Shown in pieces: positions 15,308-23,474 of a DNA stretch of 30,272 bases (position 1 is the stretch's first letter; the number at the start of each line of letters is the position of its first letter). Made by a program: the position numbers and the translations under genes. Source of the DNA: an uncultured virus (IMG/VR IMGVR_UViG_3300028746_000001). Its lineage: Duplodnaviria > Heunggongvirae > Uroviricota > Caudoviricetes. Where the stretch lies: the IMG/VR virus record IMGVR_UViG_3300028746_000001. One strand, written 5' to 3'. The notes below the pieces were generated by a model that saw only the letters and a list, made by a program, of their open reading frames with translations, made no database searches and was not told the origin of the DNA.

Positions 15308-17914
15308 GTGCAGCAGCATGAGATTCGGCTCCCGCTTCTCTTTGGCGCGCAGTCGGTTGCATTCGGCAGCCCTGCGCGCTTTAACGTTGTCCATGGCGGC
15401 AACGAATCAGGCAAGACGACGCTTGCGCTCGTTACGCTGCTCATATCCCATTTCGGTGCGCTGCACGGCTTCAAGACGGCGCTCGTTCTGCCGACTGGCG
15501 ACGACGTGGAGAAGGCCAAGTCCGCACTACTGCGAACGATCCGGCCTCTCATCACGAACGCCACTGGCCGCCTCGATAACATGCGCTGGGATTTGGTGAA
15601 TGGCGGCTCGATCACGTTCATCCCGCGAGATGACCCTAAGCCGATTTACGACGAGTTCCACCTTATCGTGGTGGATGACGCTCAAAAAATCGACGGGGTG
15701 CACGAAGTCCATGAAAGCATCCACCTGAACCGCCATGGGCGGGTTTGGTACTTCGGCAAGCCCGTTGGCATGCGCGGCCCGTTCGCAGCCCTCTACAGGG
15801 GCGCTGCGGAGGATTGGGCGACCTTCCAGCTTAAAGCTACGGACAATGAGTACGCCGATCAGGCAGCCGTCGAATATGACCGCTCCACCATGGCGCTGGA
15901 CGTGTTCCGCCAGGAGCGTCTTGGCGAGTTCGTGGATGCGCCAATCGACCTGACGCCGTCCCAGATGATCGTGGGCCCGGACGAGACCTTCCGCCAGTGG
16001 TGCGAGCGCCTGAGTGCCGAAGGTCTGAAGGTGGACGGGTATCCATTCCGCCTCGATGACCGCCCGGCCATGGCCTTCATCTATGACCTGATTCCGCACA
16101 CGGTCAAGGACGCGTACCAGCGGATCGATATCATCATGAAGTGCACCCAGGTAGGGTTCACGGTCATGGAAATGCTCGCCATGATCTACCTTGGCCTGCG
16201 CTTCCCGGCATCGAAGATCGGCATGTTCATGCCATCGCAAATGCTGGCGTCCGGGAAGTCCACGAACCGCTTCATGCAGATCGTCCGGACCATTCCGGCC
16301 GTTCGCCGGCTGATGAAGGAAGGTCTCGCCGAGTCAGGCATTTCCGGCGACGGTAACGTGCTGACCCGGAACATCGGCGAGTCGCGATATCACTTTCTCT
16401 GGACCTCTGGCAAGACGGCCACAGAATCGAACCCGATGGACGTTGTCTCGTTCGATGAAGTGCAGGAAATGGTGATCGCGGATATGGAGAAGGTCCGCGA
16501 GCGTATGTCCGCCTCGCGTCTGAAGTACACGCTGATGGGCTCCACGGCGAACCTGCCCGACGGCGATATCCACTGGTGGTTCAAAAAGGGGAAGCAGTTC
16601 CAGTTTCATACCGAGTGCCCGCACTGCCTCGCGAAGCAGGTGCTCGATGAAAACTTCCCGGCCTGCATTGGGTACGATCCGACCGCGCCGCGGGTGAATG
16701 AGCGCGAGCGTGAGGCCGGGCTCACGGGCGAATACCGTTACAAGTGCAAGGAATGCGAAGGCTGGATTGACGACACACAGCGCGGCGAGTGGATTGCGAA
16801 GAACCCCGAAGCGGTCAATCGCTCGGTTCACTTCCCTCAAACACTGTCGCCGACCATTTCCGCCCGGGAAATGATTGAGGCTTACCACAACGCGGCGGAC
16901 ATGCGGAACTTCTTTAACCGGAAGCTCGGCAAGCCGTACGCGGACCCGACGCAAATCCCGATCAACCTGGAGATCCTCGCCGAGTGCGTGGAGGAGGGCA
17001 GGCGGCTGGGCGTGCAGTGGAAGGATCGTGCAAAAGGCACGTTCATGGGTATCGACCAGATGGGTAAGTTCAACGTCGCCCTCATTTGCGAGCGCCTGCC
17101 GACGGGCCATATGGCGCTGATCCACGCAGAGGAGATTTACAGCGACGATCCTTTCGCCAGGTGTTCCGAACTGATTGAGAAATTCGGCGTCAAGGTCTGC
17201 GTGTGCGAGTCGCTGCCGAACTATAACGACGCTCACCGCTTCGCGAATCGCCACAAGGGAATCGTATTCCTTGCGAGCTACACGGTCATTAAGGACGCGT
17301 CACTGCGCTGGGGCGACGCTGTTCCATCGAAGGCAGAGCGCAAGAGCGACGAAGAGGCGCAAGACCGCTACACGGTCACGCTGGATCAATACAAGAGCAT
17401 GCAGGTAGCGCTCGCGCGCATCACGGCGCACGTTACGGTCTTCCCCGATCCGAAGGGGCTGCTGCAAATGCTCTCGGACGACGGCGATAACGGGATTCGC
17501 GGTGAGAAGTCGCTCGCGTCCATCCTCGATCGCGTGTTTAAGCACTTCACGCGAACGGCGCTCATTGTTGAAATGGACGCTGAAGAACGAAAAATGCGGC
17601 GCAAGGTGGTGAAGGTCGGTATCGATCCTCACTTCTCTTACGCCTTCATGCTGATGAACGTCGCTTGGGCCCGCGCTCACGGCGGAACTGCATTCCTGTT
17701 CCCGGACACAAGCGACGAGAGTACGAAGGTAGTTATTGGAGATGCTATGGCTCAGAACCACACACTGAACAAGGTTCTTCGCGAGCGCGAGGAAATCACG
17801 GAGGATCGTTGCAAGTCTTGCTCGAACTTCGACTTCGATCGCAAGTTCTGCAACGAACTGCAGGCGATCGTAATGCCCGATGCGCACGCCTGCGTTATGT
17901 TCGAGCAGGTCTAG
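15308..17914 (+). CDS. terL: Terminase large subunit (GpA-like) with an extra N-terminal terminase-type ATPase domain
   Basis: Domain 1: RFNVVHGGNESGKTT, IVVDDA, FRQERLGEF. Domain 2: KCTQVGFT, VVSFDEVQEM, GSTAN, CPHC/CKEC, FFNRKLGKPY, nuclease MGIDQ and DPHFSYA. Confidence 0.88.
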   Translation: MQQHEIRLPLLFGAQSVAFGSPARFNVVHGGNESGKTTLALVTLLISHFGALHGFKTALVLPTGDDVEKAKSALLRTIRPLITNATGRLDNMRWDLVNGGSITFIPRDDPKPIYDEFHLIVVDDAQKIDGVHEVHESIHLNRHGRVWYFGKPVGMRGPFAALYRGAAEDWATFQLKATDNEYADQAAVEYDRSTMALDVFRQERLGEFVDAPIDLTPSQMIVGPDETFRQWCERLSAEGLKVDGYPFRLDDRPAMAFIYDLIPHTVKDAYQRIDIIMKCTQVGFTVMEMLAMIYLGLRFPASKIGMFMPSQMLASGKSTNRFMQIVRTIPAVRRLMKEGLAESGISGDGNVLTRNIGESRYHFLWTSGKTATESNPMDVVSFDEVQEMVIADMEKVRERMSASRLKYTLMGSTANLPDGDIHWWFKKGKQFQFHTECPHCLAKQVLDENFPACIGYDPTAPRVNEREREAGLTGEYRYKCKECEGWIDDTQRGEWIAKNPEAVNRSVHFPQTLSPTISAREMIEAYHNAADMRNFFNRKLGKPYADPTQIPINLEILAECVEEGRRLGVQWKDRAKGTFMGIDQMGKFNVALICERLPTGHMALIHAEEIYSDDPFARCSELIEKFGVKVCVCESLPNYNDAHRFANRHKGIVFLASYTVIKDASLRWGDAVPSKAERKSDEEAQDRYTVTLDQYKSMQVALARITAHVTVFPDPKGLLQMLSDDGDNGIRGEKSLASILDRVFKHFTRTALIVEMDAEERKMRRKVVKVGIDPHFSYAFMLMNVAWARAHGGTAFLFPDTSDESTKVVIGDAMAQNHTLNKVLREREEITEDRCKSCSNFDFDRKFCNELQAIVMPDAHACVMFEQV

Positions 17915-18041
17915 TCATTGAAAAAATCGTTGCACCAATCAGCCAGGAACGTTTCATAGTCTTTCGGGTAGAACGGATGGCCGGGTAGATACTTTGATCG
18001 GTCATGAAGGAACGCGAGGAAGCACTGTGTCCAGATGTTTT

Positions 18042-18245
18042 TCATGTTGGTTTTATGGCCGGATGAAGCCCGGTTTTGATCAGAAAGAGTTCGAAGCGGG
18101 CTTTGTCAATGTGACGTTTTCCCGCTTCATATTCGTACCAGCGAATGCCGTTGCTCAGGTGGACGAGCGATGCGGCCTTCGACTGGCTGATGCCTGCTAC
18201 TCGGCGAAGCGCGCGCAGTTCTTCTGCGGTGGGCTGGAGGTTCAA
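18042..18245 (-). CDS. XRE-family helix-turn-helix protein
   Basis: LRALRRVAGISQSKAASLV...WYEYEAGKRHI. Confidence 0.8.
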   Translation of the reverse strand: MNLQPTAEELRALRRVAGISQSKAASLVHLSNGIRWYEYEAGKRHIDKARFELFLIKTGLHPAIKPT

Positions 18246-18601
18246 TCGGCTCCCGGGTTAATTGGTTTCGGTCCCTTCACTTTGCTGTCACGCTCCAGCT
18301 TCGCGGTAATGTCCAGCATGCGCTGTGCACGGCGAGCCTGCAGGCGGTTCAACTTCACAATTTCCGGCGTCAACCTGCGCGGCGCTTCGCTGAAGCAGTA
18401 CGTCGTCCCGTGCTGCCAGTCCGCATACATATATTCAAGCTCCACCTCGCCGCGCGCATGGTTGCGCTTCAGCCCGATCAGTTCAGTCTTGAGTGGGCTG
18501 AGCGCCGGGCCCCACACGAAGCGGAAATTCAGCGGGGCCAATTCGGGGAAGGCGTCGTTCATGGCCTTGCCGAACAACCTTTCGATAAACTTTGCGATCA
18601 A
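18242..18601 (-). CDS. Hypothetical protein
   Basis: 4-nt overlaps with neighbours on both sides. Confidence 0.65.
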   Translation of the reverse strand: MIAKFIERLFGKAMNDAFPELAPLNFRFVWGPALSPLKTELIGLKRNHARGEVELEYMYADWQHGTTYCFSEAPRRLTPEIVKLNRLQARRAQRMLDITAKLERDSKVKGPKPINPGAD

Positions 18602-19215
18602 AACAGAGCCTCCTGACGGGTATCGACCGGCTTTTCGGCCTTCGGTCCACGCGGCGCCGGGTCCGGCTGCTCGCGGCTCATCATTTTCGCCATCGCATCA
18701 ATAGCGGCCTCACCGCTCGGACTGCCCCTAAGACGCTCTACGAGCCCCGCTATGGCGTCGTAAGCGCTGGCGTACGCCGTAGGCTTGCCCGGGACAAACC
18801 AGCCCGCATTATGCGGGATCATGTCGTTCCAGTGGCATCCGAGCGCCTTCGCCAGTTGCGCGACTGCCTCTTCTGCCGACTCGACCAGCTTCGCCGTCGG
18901 CGGCGCAGTGAGGATCGGACGCTTCGGCGCGGTCGGCGCTGCTGCGGCAACCTGAATCGGCGCGAGCGCGGGCATTTCATCAACCGGCCATCCTTCAGCC
19001 GGGATACCGGGACCGGCGCTGTGCTTCTGCCAGCCCATCATTTTTTCGAAGTCGATCTCGTTCGGAAACCAGCGCACAGCATCATCGACCACGACAGCGC
19101 GCTTTGGCAGCGCTGTGTGCTCCATGACATAGCCGACCACGCGAAAACTGCAGCGCTCGGCGACACGTGCAGCACGTTCATTCGCTACTGCCGGGACCGC
19201 GTCTAGCTCAATCAT
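18598..19215 (-). CDS. Hypothetical protein
   Basis: TAATG coupling to the upstream gene (start MIELDAV); ends QEALF. Confidence 0.65.
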   Translation of the reverse strand: MIELDAVPAVANERAARVAERCSFRVVGYVMEHTALPKRAVVVDDAVRWFPNEIDFEKMMGWQKHSAGPGIPAEGWPVDEMPALAPIQVAAAAPTAPKRPILTAPPTAKLVESAEEAVAQLAKALGCHWNDMIPHNAGWFVPGKPTAYASAYDAIAGLVERLRGSPSGEAAIDAMAKMMSREQPDPAPRGPKAEKPVDTRQEALF

Positions 19216-19619
19216 TATGCGTACCTCAATTGATCCCACATATTCGACTTGCCCTCCTTCGCGAGAGTCCGGGCGCGCGTGACGATGCGTCGGTTCTGGC
19301 GATACTTAATGCCGACTTTCTCCGGGCTAAGGCGCTTGTTCTTCGGCGCGTCTGGAAGGCCGTCCGGATTGAGCACGTACACCGCGAACGGCTGACCCGA
19401 CAAGCGCTCTCCGCTGACCTCATGCGTACGATTTATCCACTTGCCTACCCGAACCGTCTTGTCGTCGCGCAGAGCCTTCAGGATGCGATACATGGAATTG
19501 AAGTGCATGCCAGTCGTCTCCTCAATCTGCGCCCGCGTCGCTCCCTCATCGCCGATTGCGGCGAGAAGGAGGCGGCGAGATATCTCACGCTCTTTGCGCA
19601 TCGCGTAATTCGCCGCCAT
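19215..19619 (-). CDS. Winged helix-turn-helix protein
   Basis: GATRAQIEETTGMHFNSMYRILKALRDDKTVRVGKW. Confidence 0.7.
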   Translation of the reverse strand: MAANYAMRKEREISRRLLLAAIGDEGATRAQIEETTGMHFNSMYRILKALRDDKTVRVGKWINRTHEVSGERLSGQPFAVYVLNPDGLPDAPKNKRLSPEKVGIKYRQNRRIVTRARTLAKEGKSNMWDQLRYA

Positions 19620-19623
19620 GATC

Positions 19624-20832
19624 CTAGTTCCCCTTAACGCACAAAACTTGCTTCAGCGTGTGCACGATCTCCACCAGGTCGGTCTGATTCGCCATGACCT
19701 CATCGATGTCCTTGTACGCGCCCGGCACCTCATCAATCACGCCAGCATCCTTGCGGCACTCCACGCCCGCCGTCTGCGCCTTCAGATCGTCCACTGAGAA
19801 GGTCTTTGCAGCCTGCGTACGGCTCATCTTGCGGCCCGCGCCGTGCGAGCATGAGCAGTACGATTCCGGATTACCCTTGCCGCTCACGATGAAGCTGCGC
19901 GCTCCCATGCTGCCCGGGATGATGCCCAAGTCGCCCTTACGTGCACGGATAGCGCCCTTGCGCGTGACCCACAAATTGCGGCCGAAGTGGTTCTCACGCT
20001 CGACATAGTTGTGGTGGCAATTCACGGCCTCATGCGTAATCGTGAAGGGCTTCTCGATATGGCGACGGACGGCTGCAATCGTCGCGTCCATCATTACGCG
20101 GCGGTTTTCAAGCGCCCAATCCTGCGCCCACTTCACGGCCTCGACGTACTTATTGAAATCCTCGGTTTCTTCAGGGATATACGCCAAGTCTGCATCGGGA
20201 AGCGAGACGAAATACCGTTCCATGTTCTGCTTCGCCTTCTCAATGTGGCGACGGCCAATCTCGTTACCCGTGCCACGTGAGCCGCTGTGCATCATGATCC
20301 AAACGTCGTCATTCTCATCAAGGCAAATCTCAATGAAGTGATTGCCTGATCCGAGCGTGCCAAGCTGAAACCACGCGCGCTCGAAAGCCCTCAGATGGTC
20401 GTCCTCGCCGAATGGCTTGATGCGGGCGTATTCATTCCAGAGGGCGTGCTGCTGGCCCGCGCCATGACCGGGAGGAACATAGGAGTTACGGTGGCGGCCA
20501 CCAGCGCCAAGCGGCACGTCGCGCTCGATCTGATTGCGAATATCTTTCAGGCTTTCCGGGAGGTCCGACGCCTTCAGCGACAAGCGAACCGCGTTCATGC
20601 CGCAGCCGATATCAACTCCAATCGCGGCCGGAATGATGGCCTTGTCTGTAGCGATGACCGTTCCGACTGTCGATCCGATGCCGGCGTGCACGTTCGGCAT
20701 GCAGGCCACGCCGTTCCCGGCTATGAAGGGCAGGCGAGCGAGGTTTTTAAGCTGCTTGAGCGCCGACTCCTCAACTTCAGTAGTCCAAATCTTAATAGGG
20801 CGAGCGCCGTCTTCGTTTATTACGTGATTCAT
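19624..20832 (-). CDS. rtcB: RtcB-family RNA ligase
   Basis: GVDIGCGM, LGTLGSGNHF, HSGSRG, CHHNY, RKGA, IIPGSMG, SHGAGR, DEVPGAYKDI; MPNVH in place of the usual MPDVH. Confidence 0.95.
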   Translation of the reverse strand: MNHVINEDGARPIKIWTTEVEESALKQLKNLARLPFIAGNGVACMPNVHAGIGSTVGTVIATDKAIIPAAIGVDIGCGMNAVRLSLKASDLPESLKDIRNQIERDVPLGAGGRHRNSYVPPGHGAGQQHALWNEYARIKPFGEDDHLRAFERAWFQLGTLGSGNHFIEICLDENDDVWIMMHSGSRGTGNEIGRRHIEKAKQNMERYFVSLPDADLAYIPEETEDFNKYVEAVKWAQDWALENRRVMMDATIAAVRRHIEKPFTITHEAVNCHHNYVERENHFGRNLWVTRKGAIRARKGDLGIIPGSMGARSFIVSGKGNPESYCSCSHGAGRKMSRTQAAKTFSVDDLKAQTAGVECRKDAGVIDEVPGAYKDIDEVMANQTDLVEIVHTLKQVLCVKGN

Positions 20833-20834
20833 GA

Positions 20835-21467
20835 TTACCTCAAAAAGTCAGGGAGTCCAGGCGTTCCGAAATCGAAATTCGGGTAGCTGATGCGTGGATC
20901 TGGTTCGTTGCGGGTATGTGTGCGGCGAAGCTCGGCATGAACGGTCGCGTCTTTCGACATTTCCTCGTAAATCATGTGCGTCAGGCGCTCGGCGATATTG
21001 CGGCACAGGTCGCGCGGATAACGCGTCATATGCCACGCCGTACGATCAATTGCATAAGCCCATGCCTTACCGTCATAGACGACGTTCATGTGGCGCGCAC
21101 TGCGAAGCCTATCCATGTCTGAAAGCACGCACATGATCGGCAGGCGGATGCGGTTCAAGTGAATCGGCGCGAGCATTTCGGCCGGGTTGAAATCCCAATA
21201 GCGATATGCGCCGCCGTTGCTCTGCTTCTCGTATTCCATGACCTCAACGAAGTCAGATTGGCGCAGGCTCACCGTCTGACTGCGCGGCTGGAATGCCACG
21301 CAGTATTCGCCGACGATGCGCTTGGCGCAGTCAATCTCGTTGCTCAGGTCGCGATTTGCGTTGAAAAGTTCATGGTTCTGCTTCAGCGTCGCCGCTAATT
21401 CCTTTTCCAGTTCTGCAATGCGCGAGCGATGCGCGCGCTTCTGGTTGCGTCCGTAGCGCTTGCTCAT
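20835..21467 (-). CDS. Hypothetical protein
   Basis: GAGG RBS and ATGA overlap at 21467 (MSKRYGRNQKRAHR). Confidence 0.65.
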   Translation of the reverse strand: MSKRYGRNQKRAHRSRIAELEKELAATLKQNHELFNANRDLSNEIDCAKRIVGEYCVAFQPRSQTVSLRQSDFVEVMEYEKQSNGGAYRYWDFNPAEMLAPIHLNRIRLPIMCVLSDMDRLRSARHMNVVYDGKAWAYAIDRTAWHMTRYPRDLCRNIAERLTHMIYEEMSKDATVHAELRRTHTRNEPDPRISYPNFDFGTPGLPDFLR

Positions 21468-22009
21468 ACGCTCAACCTCGTTACGGCCACGTTCGCATAA
21501 GCGTTTTCGAGACTTTGGATTTTGTTGCCGAGAGCCATGATGTGATCCAGCAGGAACAACACGACTTCCGGGCTCGCGGCGGCGAAGAAGTCCGCGTTGC
21601 GCCACTCGTATTCGGCCTTGCCGATGGTGCAAGAGAACTGCGGCTTGCCGTCCACGAAGCGCATAACCGTCTTTTCCCAGCCATTCGCGTCGGCGGTAAT
21701 GGTGGTCTGCGGGTACGCCCAGTTCAGATTGCGATTAGCGCGCAGATCGCCTTGCGGCCACGCTTCATCGGCCAGCTTGCGCAGCTTCGCGAACAGAGCC
21801 TTTGCATCCACCGGACCGGCTACAGCGCCCTTGACGTGGGCCTCCTTCAGTTGAGCCTCCAGCGTGGCGATGCGAGCCGCCTGATATGCCTCGCGATAGA
21901 TTGCGTCTTCGGCCAGCACGCAAAGCCCTTCTTCGCTCGGCTCAATCGCATCCTTGGCGGTCATTCCCATTGGCAGCCACGTATCGAAGCGGTCAAATTT
22001 GTAGGTCAC
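21464..22009 (-). CDS. Ead/Ea22-like protein
   Basis: NADFFAAASPEVVLFLLD followed by a coiled coil. Confidence 0.65.
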   Translation of the reverse strand: MTYKFDRFDTWLPMGMTAKDAIEPSEEGLCVLAEDAIYREAYQAARIATLEAQLKEAHVKGAVAGPVDAKALFAKLRKLADEAWPQGDLRANRNLNWAYPQTTITADANGWEKTVMRFVDGKPQFSCTIGKAEYEWRNADFFAAASPEVVLFLLDHIMALGNKIQSLENAYANVAVTRLSV

Positions 22010-22353
22010 AGTTGATCCTCAGTTACTGGCTCTACGTACATGGCGCAAAGACGGTCAGAAAGAGGCTGATAGTCCTTGCATAGCTGGGGCCGGTTCTCAT
22101 AGTCACCGCAGAGCCCCTCGGGCGTTACAAGCGGGCAGGAAAAGCGGATGGAAACACGCCCATCTATCTCGGACGGTCCGCCAGCCGTTTCATTGCCCTC
22201 AACGGCAAGCCGAAGCGGAATGAAAGGCAGCTTGTGGTGCACCATCTTTTTCGCCGCATCGTCCTTCCATGAATCCTTGTCAAACAAGCCGACATTCAGC
22301 GCGAAGTCTTTGCAGCAGGCTCCCGGGCTAGAACAGGTATCGCAGGCACTCAT
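22006..22353 (-). CDS. YkgJ-like CxxCxxCC cysteine-cluster protein
   Basis: CDTCSSPGACC...CPLVTPEGLCGDYENRPQLCKDY. Confidence 0.8.
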   Translation of the reverse strand: MSACDTCSSPGACCKDFALNVGLFDKDSWKDDAAKKMVHHKLPFIPLRLAVEGNETAGGPSEIDGRVSIRFSCPLVTPEGLCGDYENRPQLCKDYQPLSDRLCAMYVEPVTEDQL

Positions 22354-22565
22354 TGCATTGCTCTCGAAGTGAAAATTTCCATGGAAGCGCAGTGCTCACA
22401 GATATCGCGCGTCGATGTCTTAGGAAAAAATCCGCACTCTGAGCACATGGGATCTTCGTCATGAAAATCCGGGGCGGCTTCGCTGAAATCTGGTAGGTGA
22501 AGCTTTGCTTGTGAGCCTTTACTCATGGCCGTATCGGGGAGATTTATTCGTAAGGCGTCGACCAA
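22350..22565 (-). CDS. Small putative zinc-finger protein, start uncertain
   Basis: CSEC...CEHC; ATGA overlap with the downstream gene. Confidence 0.45.
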   Translation of the reverse strand: MVDALRINLPDTAMSKGSQAKLHLPDFSEAAPDFHDEDPMCSECGFFPKTSTRDICEHCASMEIFTSRAMQ

Positions 22566-22636
22566 ATAAACCAGCGCCAGATCAACGACTTACGTTCAAA
22601 AACAAGCGGAAAATGGGGATGTTGTCGCCCCGTGTT

Positions 22637-23071
22637 TTATTGCTTGGTCAGGACGATGTGCACGCCGTCCGGCTTGCTTTCCGTACCGATGTTGAATCCG
22701 TCCGTCTTGACCCGGCGATCCTTCATTTCGGCATTCACGGCGGTTACCAGTTGCTCGCGCGCCTGTGCTTCCAGACGGTTCAGCGTGTCAATGGCCTCGC
22801 CGAAGCCGCGCGAGTTCATGAGGACGCTGCGCGCCTGCTGAATCGCCGACAGCGAGCCCGTCAGGCTTGCCGTGGCCGTCTTTTTTACCGGATAGAACTT
22901 CGGCTCAACCGTGGCGACCGGAACGGCTGCAGGGGCCTTGCGGCGCTGCGCGCGATTGGCCGTGACAGGGATCGCAGGCACTGCCAGCTTTACCGCGTGC
23001 TTCGGCGCGACCTTCGGCTTTGCTACTTCGACAGGTGCGGGCGTGGCGACCGCTGCGACTTTCTTCTTCAT
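22637..23071 (-). CDS. Lys/Ala/Pro-rich basic hypothetical protein
   Basis: GAGGAG RBS, ATGA overlap. Confidence 0.7.
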   Translation of the reverse strand: MKKKVAAVATPAPVEVAKPKVAPKHAVKLAVPAIPVTANRAQRRKAPAAVPVATVEPKFYPVKKTATASLTGSLSAIQQARSVLMNSRGFGEAIDTLNRLEAQAREQLVTAVNAEMKDRRVKTDGFNIGTESKPDGVHIVLTKQ

Positions 23072-23322
23072 TTACCGCTCCTCGTGGTGGTTGGTTTTGG
23101 CTCGTGCAGATTGCACGTGGCCTGCGTGACTACTGCGAATCCGCCGACTCCACAACGGACGTTAGTGCGGACTGGAATCGACTCGTACTGGTTGTAGGGA
23201 CGCGTACCGGGCTCGTACTTCAAGTCGAATTCAAGCTTTGCGCATGTTCCGCACGTCCCGGCGCGCAGGACGTACCCCTGCTCGGCCCTGGCGATGCGTC
23301 TCAGTTCAAAAACCTCGTCCAT
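23068..23322 (-). CDS. Small Cys-rich hypothetical protein
   Basis: EQGYV...TCGTC...VRCGVGGFAV...ATCNLH; AAGGGA RBS. Confidence 0.7.
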   Translation of the reverse strand: MDEVFELRRIARAEQGYVLRAGTCGTCAKLEFDLKYEPGTRPYNQYESIPVRTNVRCGVGGFAVVTQATCNLHEPKPTTTRSGK

Positions 23323-23356
23323 TTACAAATTCCCTTTGCATACCAAGCGGATTCAA

Positions 23357-23424
23357 TCTGCGTCAGGGAAAGAATTCTAACGCATTGCGTGATTCGCGCA
23401 ACAGGAAAATGCTTTAGGCGCAGA
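23357..23424 (-). promoter_or_regulatory. Leftward sigma70-like promoter flanked by operator-like sites
   Basis: Minus strand TTGCGC (23401-23396)-16 nt-TAGAAT (23379-23374); TCTGC-N7-AAAGA at 23357-23373 and AATGC-N7-GCAGA at 23408-23424. Confidence 0.5.
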
Positions 23425-23437
23425 TTATTTTCATGTG

Positions 23438-23452
23438 TCGTGACGCGACCAT
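23438..23452 (+). promoter_or_regulatory. Putative phage late-promoter motif, copy 5
   Basis: TCGTGAC-GCG-A-CC-AT upstream of the portal ATG 23475. Confidence 0.6.
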
Positions 23453-23474
23453 GGGGGAAATTTTGGGGAACTCG

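Noticed and set aside
15308..17914. Intein or intron as the explanation for the long terminase
   Set aside because: No C/S...HN-C/S/T splice motifs or LAGLIDADG blocks seen and the frame is uninterrupted; the extra length is an N-terminal ATPase-like domain
22566..22636. Intergenic segment with a weak GGGG/CCCC hairpin as an ncRNA or recombination site
   Set aside because: Single copy with a short imperfect stem; at most a weak terminator
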